The notes under the pieces were generated by a model. That model was not told the origin of the DNA and made no database searches. It was given only the letters and a program-made list of their open reading frames with translations. The position numbers and the translations under genes were made by a program. From positions 512,001-576,000 of the forward strand of contig CAVSQW010000008.1 in NCBI GenBank assembly GCA_963730185.1: DNA of 64,000 nt. The letters run 5' to 3'. The DNA is from an uncultured Gemmatimonadales bacterium. GTDB taxonomy: Bacteria > Gemmatimonadota > Gemmatimonadetes > Gemmatimonadales > GWC2-71-9. Shown piece after piece: positions 31,501 through 39,871 of the stretch; positions within the stretch are counted from its first letter, which is position 1, and every line of letters starts with the position of its first letter.

Positions 31501-31830
31501 GTAGTCGGTGAACCCGCCGGTCCCCTCGTCGACGCCTCCCAGGTTCGTCTGCACGAAGTCCGAGTGCGACGCATAGAGGATGATCGGCTTCCGCTCCTCG
31601 AACTCGTGGTTCAGCACCCGCGAGAGCCGGACGTAGGACCGCTCCGCCATCCGAGCGATGTCCAGCGCCGCCTTGCGCTCCTCGGGGTAGTAGTAAACGT
31701 CGAAGTGCTCCGTCTGGATGATCTTGAAATCGAAGCTGCCGTACTGCACCCGATTGCGGCCGAAATACTGGGCGGCCAGCGAGGCCGGGGCCAGGGCCAG
31801 GAACAGCAGGACTACGCCGAGACGACGCAT
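28576..31830 (-). CDS. Metallopeptidase (HEXXH)-PD40/TolB propeller-Omp85/BamA-like barrel fusion
   Basis: Signal peptide; HEMVHQFQ and WFGEGMAEY; repeated P.WSPDG; IRGY, NAELRFPL, FYDAG, LRLDYA, terminal SLGPTF. Confidence 0.85.
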   Translation of the reverse strand: MRRLGVVLLFLALAPASLAAQYFGRNRVQYGSFDFKIIQTEHFDVYYYPEERKAALDIARMAERSYVRLSRVLNHEFEERKPIILYASHSDFVQTNLGGVDEGTGGFTDYLRHRNTFPLTGSYAENEHVLTHEMVHQFQFDIWSRGRGGAGLQGIISANAPLWFGEGMAEYFSLGPVDSKTAMWLRDAALEGKLPTAQDFTRVFPYQFGHALLAYIGARWGDEAIGAITKNAVGGGVEMALRRVLGLTFEQLVAQWQDAVQKQYLPEIGERVKARQIAKPLLTEKLSEGTWHLAPALAPDGSQVAYFSERNFYFIDMWLADSTGKVVRRLFKPSWSSNYESFRYISSSAAFSFDGKMLVFAAKKSGKDDVLIVDPRNNHTLHHIAVPLSGVTNPSFSPDGKRLVFTGLDGGISDLFTINIDGTDLRRLTNDKYADLHPVWSPDGKTIAFATDRGPDTDFEKLVWGKLRIALYHLDDGRIEVLPGMDYGRNSSPQWSPDGRTIAFVSDRDNVANIFLFDMGDRQVYQITDFYTGVQGITPLSPVLSWAHHADRLAFQYFEQGKYDVYTLDSPRSRKAAPWRPGAVRPEVLVQTQPVAPAATAKEDSTANEPKNETVLASASIYRTPEGFRRSDSLPALPDSVQAAAAPITIAKLLDSVTIVPPDTTDFVYRPYKARFEPEYVSRPTIGYTRDNFGRGVTGSATLVLGDMLSNKQLIFGASLNGRLAETQLLAQYVNLTRRFNWAVGLQQQPYFFYEGQFIQDQTPTASEATLTTSIRRLVFRSAQAQGYYPFSRFSRVETGLQIANVQDDRLEIQEPFDRATGVPTRNPYLDTQGLASVSYVAPSIAYVYDNSLYGYTGPFIGRRARFEVSQNFDFIGTGWKFTSLTADNRRYDRIIGPFTLATRELFFGRIGRDEYQFRFFGGSTELIRGYTAGSFQRNECLTQIDPNSITGCGSFDQLIGTRAAVFNAELRFPLLSSALGFIPYGFPTIEGAFFYDAGVFWERGQTVRLSHSPNDPAGTCTNTTTTSGSVIPTCTGVRTPLQSVGFSIRANLLNFVILRLDYARPLHRTGVGGLWTLSLGPTF

Positions 31831-31834
31831 GGAC

Positions 31835-32218
31835 TCACGCCTTCCTTTCGGGCGAGCTCGGAAACGGGAACCGGGGAGCGTCGTTCCACAGTCGTTCGAG
31901 CTGGTAGAACGCCCGAGTCTCAGGATGAAACACGTGGACCACGAAGTCCACGAAATCCAGGAGCACCCACCGGCCGGTCGGTAGCCCCTCTACATGATGG
32001 GGGTGGAGCCCCCGTTCGGCCAACCTCTCGATGACCAAGTCGGCCACGCCTCGCACGTGGGCGTCGGAGGTGCCGGTCGCGACCACGAAGAAGTCGGTGG
32101 CGTCGGTCAGTCCGCGCAGATCGAGCGTCAGGATGTTCTCCCCCTTCCGGTCGTCGAGCGCCTCGACGGCGGCCCGGATCGGGTCGGGGAGGCGGGGCGG
32201 TCGGGATGTGCTAGCCAA
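31835..32218 (-). CDS. rsfS: Ribosome silencing factor
   Basis: KGENI..LDL, DFFVVATGTS, WVLLDFVDFVVHVF...R.FY.LE.LW. Confidence 0.93.
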   Translation of the reverse strand: MASTSRPPRLPDPIRAAVEALDDRKGENILTLDLRGLTDATDFFVVATGTSDAHVRGVADLVIERLAERGLHPHHVEGLPTGRWVLLDFVDFVVHVFHPETRAFYQLERLWNDAPRFPFPSSPERKA

Positions 32219-34046
32219 GCGGACCTTGAGGAGGACGGGTGGGCGTGCCGTCCTCGATCTGATAGCAGACGGCCCAGGCGCCAAGGCCGGCGTGGGTACC
32301 CAGCACGCCGGTGGCGAGGGAGACGAAGCAGTCCCGGGGCTGATAGGCGGCCACCAGCGCGGTGCGGAGTCGCTCGGCCACCTCGGGGGCTTCGGCATGG
32401 GCGATCCCGAACCGAACCGACCGAGGGCGGGGGGTGAGGGCGCGCTCGACGTGGCGGAGAACCCGCCCCACCAGCTGCTCTCGTCCCCGGACTCGATCGA
32501 TCGGGACGACCCGCCCCTCGGCATCGAGCGCCAGGATCGGTTTGACATCGAGCATTCCCGCAAGCCAGGCCCTCCCTCTCGATACGCGCCCGGAGCGCAA
32601 AAGGTTCTCGTAGGTGTCGACCGTGAGAAAGAGTCCGGATTGAGCCCTCACCCGTGTCAGCTCTGTGACAATCGCGGCGGCGGGCCACCCTGACTCCGCG
32701 AGCTCGGCTGCGCGGAGGGCCAGAAGCCCGAGGCCGAGCGAGGCGGAGTGGGAGTCGACCACGTGGATCTGCGACAATCCGGCGGCCCGGATCGCGGCCT
32801 GGGCGGCCTGGACGGTGCCCGACAGGGCCCCGGAGAGGAGCACGGCCACCACCTCGTCGGCCTCGGCGGCGGCCGAGCGGAATACCCGGACGAACTCGGC
32901 CGGGGTGGGCTGCGAGGTGGTGGGAAGGGTCTTGCTCTCCCGAAGCCGCCGGTAGAACTCGGCCGGCTTGAGGCCGAGCCGGTCCTGAAAAGTGGTCTCG
33001 CCGAACATCACCTGGAGGGGCACCAGAGCGATCCGGTGACGATCCAGGATGGGGTCGGCGAGGTCGGCCGAGGAGTCGGCGACGATGGCGACCGGGCGGC
33101 GAGCCTCGTGCTGGAGGGCCCGGTGCTGAGCCCGCATGTCGTCGGCCTTGGTGGCGGCGATGGTGCCCCAGCGGGCGGCATAGGCGAAGACCGCGTCCGG
33201 CGTATCGGTGTGGACGTGGATCTTGAGAATGTCGGCGACCTGAGCCACGACCACCGACCCCCCGAAGGTGTGCATCGCGGCCCGGACGTCGTTGCTCGGC
33301 GGCAGGCTCTCGCCCCGAACCAGCACCTCGGTGCAGTACTGGAAATCGCGTTCGGCGGCGACGCTGACGTCGGCGGCCGGGACGGTGTCCGACAGAGCGA
33401 TCGGGCCGGCGGCCAGAATCGGGTCGCCCTCGATGAGACGGACCATGCCTTCGATCATCCGGACGAAGCCCTTGCCGCCGGCGTCGACCACCCCGGCATC
33501 CTTCAGGACCTGGAGCAGCTCCGGCGTCCGGGCCAGGGCGTCCTCGCCCTGGGCGAGCATCCGGTGCATGAATTCGCCCAGGTCGGGCGAATCGACGGCC
33601 GCGCGCTCGGCCGCCTCCGCCGCCTCGCGGGCCACGGTGATGATGGTGCCTTCGCGAGGCTCGTCCAGCGATTGGTAGAGGTGGTCGGCGCCGCGCCGCA
33701 TGGCGTGGGCGATTTCGGGCGCCGTGGCGACCGCCTTCTCTCCGATGGCCTCGGCGAAGCCCAGGAGGAAATGGGCCAGCATCATCCCGGAGTTGCCGCG
33801 GGCGCCGAGCACGGCGGCTCGGGCCATGGTCCGGGCGGTGTCGCCCAGCGGCGCCTGGCCGGCGGCCTGAAGGGCGTCGGAGACGGCCCGAAGGGTCAGG
33901 CTGAAATTCGTACCGGTGTCCCCGTCGGGGACGGGGAACACGTTGAGTCGATTGATCTCTTCCCGGCCGGCCGCGACCCAGTCGGCGGCGGCGTACATGG
34001 ACCGGGCCAGTCGCGGCCCGTCCAGGTACGCGATGCCGATCGCCAT
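32211..34046 (-). CDS. DAK2 (FakA-like)-DegV (FakB-like) fusion protein
   Basis: NVFPVPDGDTGTN, GARGNSG, VVDAGG, YCTE, KIHVH, then DSSADL, TTSQP, ALSGT, SGRVS, THAG. Confidence 0.9.
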   Translation of the reverse strand: MAIGIAYLDGPRLARSMYAAADWVAAGREEINRLNVFPVPDGDTGTNFSLTLRAVSDALQAAGQAPLGDTARTMARAAVLGARGNSGMMLAHFLLGFAEAIGEKAVATAPEIAHAMRRGADHLYQSLDEPREGTIITVAREAAEAAERAAVDSPDLGEFMHRMLAQGEDALARTPELLQVLKDAGVVDAGGKGFVRMIEGMVRLIEGDPILAAGPIALSDTVPAADVSVAAERDFQYCTEVLVRGESLPPSNDVRAAMHTFGGSVVVAQVADILKIHVHTDTPDAVFAYAARWGTIAATKADDMRAQHRALQHEARRPVAIVADSSADLADPILDRHRIALVPLQVMFGETTFQDRLGLKPAEFYRRLRESKTLPTTSQPTPAEFVRVFRSAAAEADEVVAVLLSGALSGTVQAAQAAIRAAGLSQIHVVDSHSASLGLGLLALRAAELAESGWPAAAIVTELTRVRAQSGLFLTVDTYENLLRSGRVSRGRAWLAGMLDVKPILALDAEGRVVPIDRVRGREQLVGRVLRHVERALTPRPRSVRFGIAHAEAPEVAERLRTALVAAYQPRDCFVSLATGVLGTHAGLGAWAVCYQIEDGTPTRPPQGPLG

Positions 34047-34051
34047 GGGGC

Positions 34052-34501
34052 CTATTCCGGCTCGATCGTGACCTTGATCTCGGCCTTCACCTCGGGGTGA
34101 AGCCGGATCGGAACGGTATGGGCCCCGAGCTGCTTGATGGGGTGCTCGAGGTCGATCTTCCGCTTGTCGATCGTGAAGCCCAGCTCCGCCAGTCGGTCGG
34201 CCAGGTCCTGACTGGTCACCGAGCCGAAGAGCCGGTCGCCCTCGCCGGCCTTGGCCGTGATCGTGAAGCTGACCACGTTGATCCGGGCGGCGAGCGACTC
34301 GGCGTCGCCCTTCTCGACGGCCAGACGGCTGCTGCGGGCCTTCTGCTCGGCCGCGATCCGCTTCTTGTTGCCGTCGGAGGCCTCGTAGGCCAGGCCGCGG
34401 GGCAGGAGGAAGTTCCTCGCGTACCCGGGCTTGACCCGGACCAGGGCGCCGGCCCGACCCAGGTTCTTCACGTCCTCTCGCAAAATCACTTCAACTTGCA
34501 T
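34052..34501 (-). CDS. rplI: 50S ribosomal protein L9
   Basis: VIL.EDV..LG, VKPGYARNFLLP, LFGSVT, LHPEV. Confidence 0.96.
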   Translation of the reverse strand: MQVEVILREDVKNLGRAGALVRVKPGYARNFLLPRGLAYEASDGNKKRIAAEQKARSSRLAVEKGDAESLAARINVVSFTITAKAGEGDRLFGSVTSQDLADRLAELGFTIDKRKIDLEHPIKQLGAHTVPIRLHPEVKAEIKVTIEPE

Positions 34502-35426
34502 GCGTGCCTCCAGAAGGCGGGGGCGCCAGCCGCCCCCGGAAATCAACCCACGTATCGGCCAGTCCGACCAGGATGAGCGATCCGACCGCGAACGGGAACA
34601 TCAAGATCGCGGCACCGATCAACAGCAAGCGTCCGAAGAGCGGCCAGCGCCAGAGGGCGGCGACCCCCACCGCGAGCCCCCGGGCCGCGTAGAGCCCCGA
34701 CCAGATCACCAGCCCGTTCTGGGCGATCCGCTGCCACGGATCGCCCAGCGGCAGGAGGCTCAGACCGAGGGTAAAGATAGCACCCCAGATGAGGTGGTCG
34801 TTGAACCGAAGGGCGCCGAAAGCCGCCGGAGGCCGGCCGACCGGGCGCTGGGCGACCTGGTGGTACCAGGCGGCGGCCAGCGCTAGGCCGGCCAGGGCCT
34901 GGAGGGCCACCACTCCGGGGAAGAGCCGCGCGACGTCGGGCATCGCGGCCACCGCGGCGTCGATCTGGTCCTGGGGCGACCCCTGGAACAGGGCCCGCAT
35001 CGTGGCGTTGAGATCCTTGAGGACGGCCGCGTCGAGATCGGCCATCGACAGGTGGGTGACGGCGCCCCAGATCAGAACGCCGGCCACCGCGGTTGCCAGG
35101 GCCAGGAGGGCCCGGGTGAGGGTGCTCGTCCGGCGGAGCGCATGGGTGAGCACCGCGAAGCTCCCGGCCAGAATGGCGCCGCCGCTCAACGCCACCAGCG
35201 ACGGCAGGCCGATCCCGGTCGGCGCGCCGAGCGCGTACCCGGCGGTGGCGGAGAGCGCGATCCAGAGCCACTCGCGAAGGGTGGTCGGCCGGGAGAGAAC
35301 CAGGAGGATGAGCAGGGGGCCGAGGACGAAGAGCGGTGGGGCCAGAACCAGAAACGCCACCAACCCGAAGAAGAGTCCCGGCGGGAAGCGACGCCCGCTG
35401 GGAGCGGGCGCCGCAGCGTTGGTCAT
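34491..35426 (-). CDS. DUF2232/YybS family membrane protein
   Basis: Multi-TM protein ending GLADTWVDFR; lies between rpsR and rplI. Confidence 0.8.
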   Translation of the reverse strand: MTNAAAPAPSGRRFPPGLFFGLVAFLVLAPPLFVLGPLLILLVLSRPTTLREWLWIALSATAGYALGAPTGIGLPSLVALSGGAILAGSFAVLTHALRRTSTLTRALLALATAVAGVLIWGAVTHLSMADLDAAVLKDLNATMRALFQGSPQDQIDAAVAAMPDVARLFPGVVALQALAGLALAAAWYHQVAQRPVGRPPAAFGALRFNDHLIWGAIFTLGLSLLPLGDPWQRIAQNGLVIWSGLYAARGLAVGVAALWRWPLFGRLLLIGAAILMFPFAVGSLILVGLADTWVDFRGRLAPPPSGGTHAS

Positions 35427-35647
35427 CAGCCGGTGTAGCCCTTGATGTACGGCAGGAGGGCCAGGTAGCGAGCCCGCTTGATCGCCACCGCGATCTGGCG
35501 CTGGTGACGGGCGGACACGCCGGTCAAGCGCCGCGGCAGGATCTTGCCGCGATCGGTCAGAAAGCGGGACAGGAGCTTCTCGTCCTTGTAGTCGACGATC
35601 CGAATCCGGAGCTCGGCGAGCGGATCGCCCTTGCGTTGGCGGCTCAT
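35426..35647 (-). CDS. rpsR: 30S ribosomal protein S18 (Cys-less type)
   Basis: [16 protein letters not shown]...AIKRAR.LALLPY. Confidence 0.96.
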   Translation of the reverse strand: MSRQRKGDPLAELRIRIVDYKDEKLLSRFLTDRGKILPRRLTGVSARHQRQIAVAIKRARYLALLPYIKGYTG

Positions 35648-35991
35648 TCGTCATCCTCCTCGTTGGAATCGCTCTTGCCAGGGATCTGCGGCGGGGTCGG
35701 GGGCTCGTCGTTGAGGACGACGAGGTGACGAATCACGGAGCTGTCGAGCTTGAGGGCCCGTTCGAACTCCGGCAACCGGGCCGGGTCGGTGTCGAAGTTG
35801 GCGACGACGTAATAGCCGGTGTCGCGCCGATCGATCTGGTAGGCGAGAGTTCGCTTGCCCCAGTGATTCAGCACCGGCGCCTCGGCGCCTTCCGTCTGGA
35901 TCAGGGCATGGAAGCTGTTAAGCTTGGTGCCGATGGTCTCTTCGTCCAGGGCTGGATCGAAGATGTAGACCACCTCGTAGGGACGCGGCAT
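35644..35991 (-). CDS. rpsF: 30S ribosomal protein S6
   Basis: [28 protein letters not shown]. Confidence 0.95.
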   Translation of the reverse strand: MPRPYEVVYIFDPALDEETIGTKLNSFHALIQTEGAEAPVLNHWGKRTLAYQIDRRDTGYYVVANFDTDPARLPEFERALKLDSSVIRHLVVLNDEPPTPPQIPGKSDSNEEDDE

Positions 35992-36066
35992 GCACACCTT
36001 CCTTTGGTCGTGGGACGCCCCAGCCCGGGTGCGTCGGGCCTGGGGAGGACGGTATTTCGAACCGTC
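35992..36066 (-). promoter_or_regulatory. Structured rpsF leader (S6:S18-type autoregulatory element, putative)
   Basis: ACCGTCCT can pair with the SD region AGGAAGGT around an inner CCCCAG(G)CCCG/CGGGCTGGGG stem, with CCA in the 3' internal loop; -10-like TAAGTT at 36073-36068. Confidence 0.5.
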
Positions 36067-36102
36067 AAACTTAGCCTTCTCCAAGAGCCTACGGTAGCCC
36101 AC

Positions 36103-36753
36103 ATGGAGATCACCTCGCTGCAGACCGGTCGGCCCAGGACCCGGGGGACGGAAGGGGCCGACGACCCCCTCGACCGGATCTGGACCAGCGCGATCTGGAA
36201 GGAACCGGTCAGTGGGCGGGTCTGGGCCGGCCGGGAGGGGCTGTCGGGCGATGCCCAGGTTCACCGAAAGGCGCATGGAGGCCCGGAGCGGGCCTTGCTG
36301 CTGTACTCGGCCGAGCACTATCCCCGGTGGCGGTCGGAGTGGGGGGTCGCGGTGCTGGAGCCGGGGTCCTTCGGGGAGAACCTGACCGTGAGCGGCCTGG
36401 ACGAGGCGACGGTTTGCGTCGGTGACGTGTACCGAATCGGCGAGGTCCGCCTGGAGGTGTCGGGTCCGCGGGAGCCCTGTCAGAATCTGGTGCGCCGCCA
36501 CCGCCGGCCGGACCTGATGGACGTGGTGAAGGCCAACCACCGATCGGGCTGGTATACCCGAGTCCAGGTCGAAGGCTGGCTGGAGGCCGGGCTTGCGATC
36601 ACCCTCGAGGACCGTCCCTACCCCCAATGGCCCATCGTCCGGACGGCGGACGTCCGCCGAGCCCGCCGTGAGGACCCGGTGAGCGCCGGCCTGTTGGCTC
36701 AGTGCCCCGCGCTCCTGGCCGACTGGCGGGCCGGCCTGACGCCCGGGTCCTGA
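36103..36753 (+). CDS. MOSC domain protein (YiiM-like)
   Basis: SAIWK, HGGPERA, GSFGENLT, VGDVYRIG, PREPC, SGWY.RV. Confidence 0.9.
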   Translation: MEITSLQTGRPRTRGTEGADDPLDRIWTSAIWKEPVSGRVWAGREGLSGDAQVHRKAHGGPERALLLYSAEHYPRWRSEWGVAVLEPGSFGENLTVSGLDEATVCVGDVYRIGEVRLEVSGPREPCQNLVRRHRRPDLMDVVKANHRSGWYTRVQVEGWLEAGLAITLEDRPYPQWPIVRTADVRRARREDPVSAGLLAQCPALLADWRAGLTPGS

Positions 36754-36861
36754 GCCGGTCAGGCCACTGCGGGGCCGGCGGCTACGGCCGCCTGCTATCT
36801 TCCTCCCGATTCCGAGGCCGGGAGTTCTCCGGCCGGGCCTGACCCCAACCTCCACGACTTG

Positions 36862-37416
36862 ATGAAACCAGCCACCTGGCGCAAATGGCACCGGTGGGTC
36901 GGCTTTCCTGCGGCCCTGTTCCTCCTCTTCGCCGGGATCACCGGCATCCTCGTCGCGGCGACCGAGTTCTGGGGCGCCGACGAGGCCCTCCGCGAAGCGA
37001 CCCGCGACCTGGTGAGCCCGGTCAAGACCTCGAGCGCCGATTCGCTCTGGGCGGGCCCGATCGACCGCGCCTTCCGAGCTGCTCAGACGGCCGCCGGCGA
37101 CGCACCGGTCGATAAGGTCGTCATGACCTTCAAGGGCGACCAGCCGACCGTCACCGTGTTCCTCGGCAAGCCGACCGGCGGGGAAGACCGGCGGGTGGTC
37201 GTCGGCGCCAAGGACGGGCGGGTGATCGAGGTCGCGTCCTACGCCGACAAGCCCCTGATCCACCGGATCCACAGCGGGGAGGCATTCGGCGACGGTGGTT
37301 TGGTGCTCGCGATGCTCTGGGGCCTGGCGATGGTGATCCTGACCCTGACCGGCCTGATCATCTACTGGCGGATGCGGCGCCCGAACGCCGTCGGCTGGAA
37401 ACGCGTCTTCTGGTAG
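36862..37416 (+). CDS. PepSY-associated TM helix domain protein
   Basis: RKWHRWVG, ITG, HRIHSG, LTGLIIYW. Confidence 0.8.
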   Translation: MKPATWRKWHRWVGFPAALFLLFAGITGILVAATEFWGADEALREATRDLVSPVKTSSADSLWAGPIDRAFRAAQTAAGDAPVDKVVMTFKGDQPTVTVFLGKPTGGEDRRVVVGAKDGRVIEVASYADKPLIHRIHSGEAFGDGGLVLAMLWGLAMVILTLTGLIIYWRMRRPNAVGWKRVFW

Positions 37417-37420
37417 ACCG

Positions 37421-37792
37421 CTACGGGCGGGTGGTGACCAGCATCGCGACGGTCCCGGGACAGAGGGAGAAGCGGGCTTCGGCCTCGGGGCCGGAGACGA
37501 ACTGGATCAGATCGATCCGCGCGACCGGGAGGGCGGCTAGGGCGGGTGGCTCGGGGCCGACGATCTGGTACGACTCGGGGGTCATCTGCTCCAGCCGCAT
37601 CGGGACGTCGCGAGCGACCGCACGCTCGTCGATCATCACGGTGCCGCTCCGGAGCGAGTCGCCGGGGGCGGTCGGAACCGGACAGTGCCGCGGCTCGGGG
37701 ATGGCGGTCCGCGCGGCCGCCCCGCCCGCGCAGCCGCCCAGTCCGGTCAGCACCACGCCGGCCAAGGCGGTCATCGGGAGCCTAACGATCAT
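37421..37792 (-). CDS. Small putative lipoprotein resembling an isolated TonB-dependent receptor plug
   Basis: Lipobox-like LGGC; VMIDE...LAALPVARIDLIQFVSGPEA...AMLVTTR resembles the plug consensus. Confidence 0.55.
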   Translation of the reverse strand: MIVRLPMTALAGVVLTGLGGCAGGAAARTAIPEPRHCPVPTAPGDSLRSGTVMIDERAVARDVPMRLEQMTPESYQIVGPEPPALAALPVARIDLIQFVSGPEAEARFSLCPGTVAMLVTTRP

Positions 37793-37861
37793 CGACGGGG
37801 CCTAGGATCCGGGGAGTGAGATGCGAACGGCATGGCACCGGCTGGTCGGGTCGGCTGGAGC

Positions 37862-38611
37862 TTAACGATCCCGGGTCCAGAGGAGAATCACCCCACAGGA
37901 GCGATTGATCCCGGAATACTCCACCGGCGTTTCGCCCGGGCTCTTGAAGACCTCGATCGTGCCCAGCGCCGCGACTGGAATCTGGGAAAGGTCCTGGGGA
38001 ACCTCGATGCCGTTGAGCAGCACGCTCATCGGACAAGCGGTTGCGCCTGTCGTGCTGAGCCGCTTCACCCGAGGCGAGACCGGGATCCGCTGCGCGCCCA
38101 GGGTCAGGAACCGGACGCCGGTGGTCTCCAGCAGCTCCGGGAGCCGGAGGTATTCCCGCTGGCGGATCGTCTCGTACGGGATCAGCCGGCCGCCCCCGAT
38201 CCGGTGCCGGTCGGCGATCTCGGTCTCGCGCGACCGGACCGCCTTGGCCTGGGCCAGGAGCGGCTCGAGCGTCGGGATCAGGGCGGGCAGGGGGAGCACC
38301 ACCACCAGGCTGTCGGCGCTTTCCACCCGGAGCGTCGCCACGCCGGGCAGGAAGCCGATCCGGCGGACCCGGAGGGTATAGAGACCCAAGGGAATACTGT
38401 CGAGGCGGAAGGTGCCGTCGGTCGTCGTGAACGTGCTCCGACCGAGCTCGGGGATCTGGACGTCGGCGCCGACCAGCGGGAGATGAGTGGAGTCGGCCAC
38501 GACCCGGCCCTTCACCACTGCCTGCGCGTGGAGCCTCCCGATTCCGGCCAGGAGGGCCGTCACACCGAGCGTCGCTGCCCAACCCGGCAGGCGGCCCGAA
38601 CGGATCCTCAC
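37862..38611 (-). CDS. Exported carboxypeptidase-regulatory-like domain plus plug-like domain, with no barrel
   Basis: Signal peptide (LHAQ); GRVV.D....L.GA.V, T..DG.F.L..IP.G.Y.L.V..IGF; VLLNG...IP...LG.IEVFK...CGVILLWTR, then stop. Confidence 0.75.
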   Translation of the reverse strand: MRIRSGRLPGWAATLGVTALLAGIGRLHAQAVVKGRVVADSTHLPLVGADVQIPELGRSTFTTTDGTFRLDSIPLGLYTLRVRRIGFLPGVATLRVESADSLVVVLPLPALIPTLEPLLAQAKAVRSRETEIADRHRIGGGRLIPYETIRQREYLRLPELLETTGVRFLTLGAQRIPVSPRVKRLSTTGATACPMSVLLNGIEVPQDLSQIPVAALGTIEVFKSPGETPVEYSGINRSCGVILLWTRDR

Positions 38612-38670
38612 CGTCACCTCCACGAGGTCGACCGCCGCCTGCGGTCGCGTCCTTGGTACGGTGGGACCGA

Positions 38671-38697
38671 TCGGCCGCCCGGTCAAGGGGCGGCCGA
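38671..38697. terminator. GC-rich hairpin downstream of ychF
   Basis: TCGGCCGCCC-GGTCAAG-GGGCGGCCGA, 10-bp stem; no clear U-tract. Confidence 0.4.
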
Positions 38698-38706
38698 CCG
38701 GGACGG

Positions 38707-39804
38707 TCAGACGTTGAACCGGAAGAGCATCACGTCGCCGTCCTGCACGACGTACTCCTTGCCCTCCGACCGGACCAGGCCCTGCTCCCGGGCCGGCTTC
38801 CAGCCGCCCACCCGGATGAAGTCCTCGTAGGCCACGGTCTCGGCCCGGATGAAGCCGTGCTCGAAGTCGGTGTGGATCACGCCGGCCGCGGCGGGCGCCT
38901 TGTCGCCGGCGTGGATGGTCCAGGCCCGGGCTTCCTTCTCGCCGGCGGTGAAGTAGCTCCGGAGGCCGAGCAGGTGATAGGCGGCCCGGGCCAGGCGGTC
39001 GAGCCCGGATTCGGTGAGCCCGAGCGACTCGAGGAATTCCTGGCGGTCCTCGCTCGGGAGCTCGGCCAGCTCCATCTCCACCTTGGCGGAGAAGAGCACG
39101 ATCTCGGCCGTCTCGCCCGAGGCGGCCACCGCGGTTTGGAGCGCCGCGACGTGGGCGTTGCCGGAATTGACATCGTCCTCGCCGACGTTGGCCGCGTAGA
39201 GCACCGGCTTGGCGGTGAGGAAGTTGGCCTGCCGGAAGACCGCTTCGTCGGTGTCGGCCACGATGACGCTCCGGGCCGGCCGGCCCTCGGAGAGCGCAGC
39301 CCGCACCGCCTCGAGGACCCGGACCTCGACCTTGGCCTGGGCGTCGCCGGAGCGGGCGGTGCGGGTGGCCTTGTCGAGCCGTTTCTCGACCGCGGCCAGG
39401 TCGGCCAAGGCAAGCTCGAGGTCGATGATCTCCTTGTCGCGGACCGGGTCCACCGAGCCCATCACGTGCTGCACGTCGTCGTCGTCGAAGCAGCGGATGA
39501 CGTGGACCACCGCATCGACCTCGCGGATGTTGGCGAGGAACTGGTTCCCCAGTCCCTCGCCCTGGCTCGCGCCCTTGACCAGCCCGGCGATGTCCAGGAA
39601 CTCCACCGCGGCGTGCACCGTCCGCTCCGGTTTGACCAGGTCGGCCACCCGGTCGAGCCGGGGATCGGGGACCTCGACGATCCCGGTGTTGGGCTCGATG
39701 GTGGCGAAGGGGTAGTTCGCGACCAGCGCGCCCGCCTGGGTGAGCGCGTTGAAGAGGGTCGACTTGCCGACATTGGGGAGGCCGACGATCCCGAGACGGA
39801 GCAT
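38707..39804 (-). CDS. ychF: Redox-regulated ATPase YchF
   Basis: GIVGLPNVGKSTLFN, ANYPFATIEPN, DIAGLVKGAS.GEGLGN.FL, GKEYVVQDGD. Confidence 0.97.
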   Translation of the reverse strand: MLRLGIVGLPNVGKSTLFNALTQAGALVANYPFATIEPNTGIVEVPDPRLDRVADLVKPERTVHAAVEFLDIAGLVKGASQGEGLGNQFLANIREVDAVVHVIRCFDDDDVQHVMGSVDPVRDKEIIDLELALADLAAVEKRLDKATRTARSGDAQAKVEVRVLEAVRAALSEGRPARSVIVADTDEAVFRQANFLTAKPVLYAANVGEDDVNSGNAHVAALQTAVAASGETAEIVLFSAKVEMELAELPSEDRQEFLESLGLTESGLDRLARAAYHLLGLRSYFTAGEKEARAWTIHAGDKAPAAAGVIHTDFEHGFIRAETVAYEDFIRVGGWKPAREQGLVRSEGKEYVVQDGDVMLFRFNV

Positions 39805-39820
39805 GAGTTCCCGACGTGCG

Positions 39821-39847
39821 GACGGGCGGGTTGGTCACCCGCCCGTC
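39821..39847. terminator. GC-rich hairpin between hppA and ychF
   Basis: GACGGGCGGG-TTGGTCA-CCCGCCCGTC, 10-bp stem. Confidence 0.35.
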
Positions 39848-39871
39848 GGTGAAACGATTCCCGGAGGGGGC

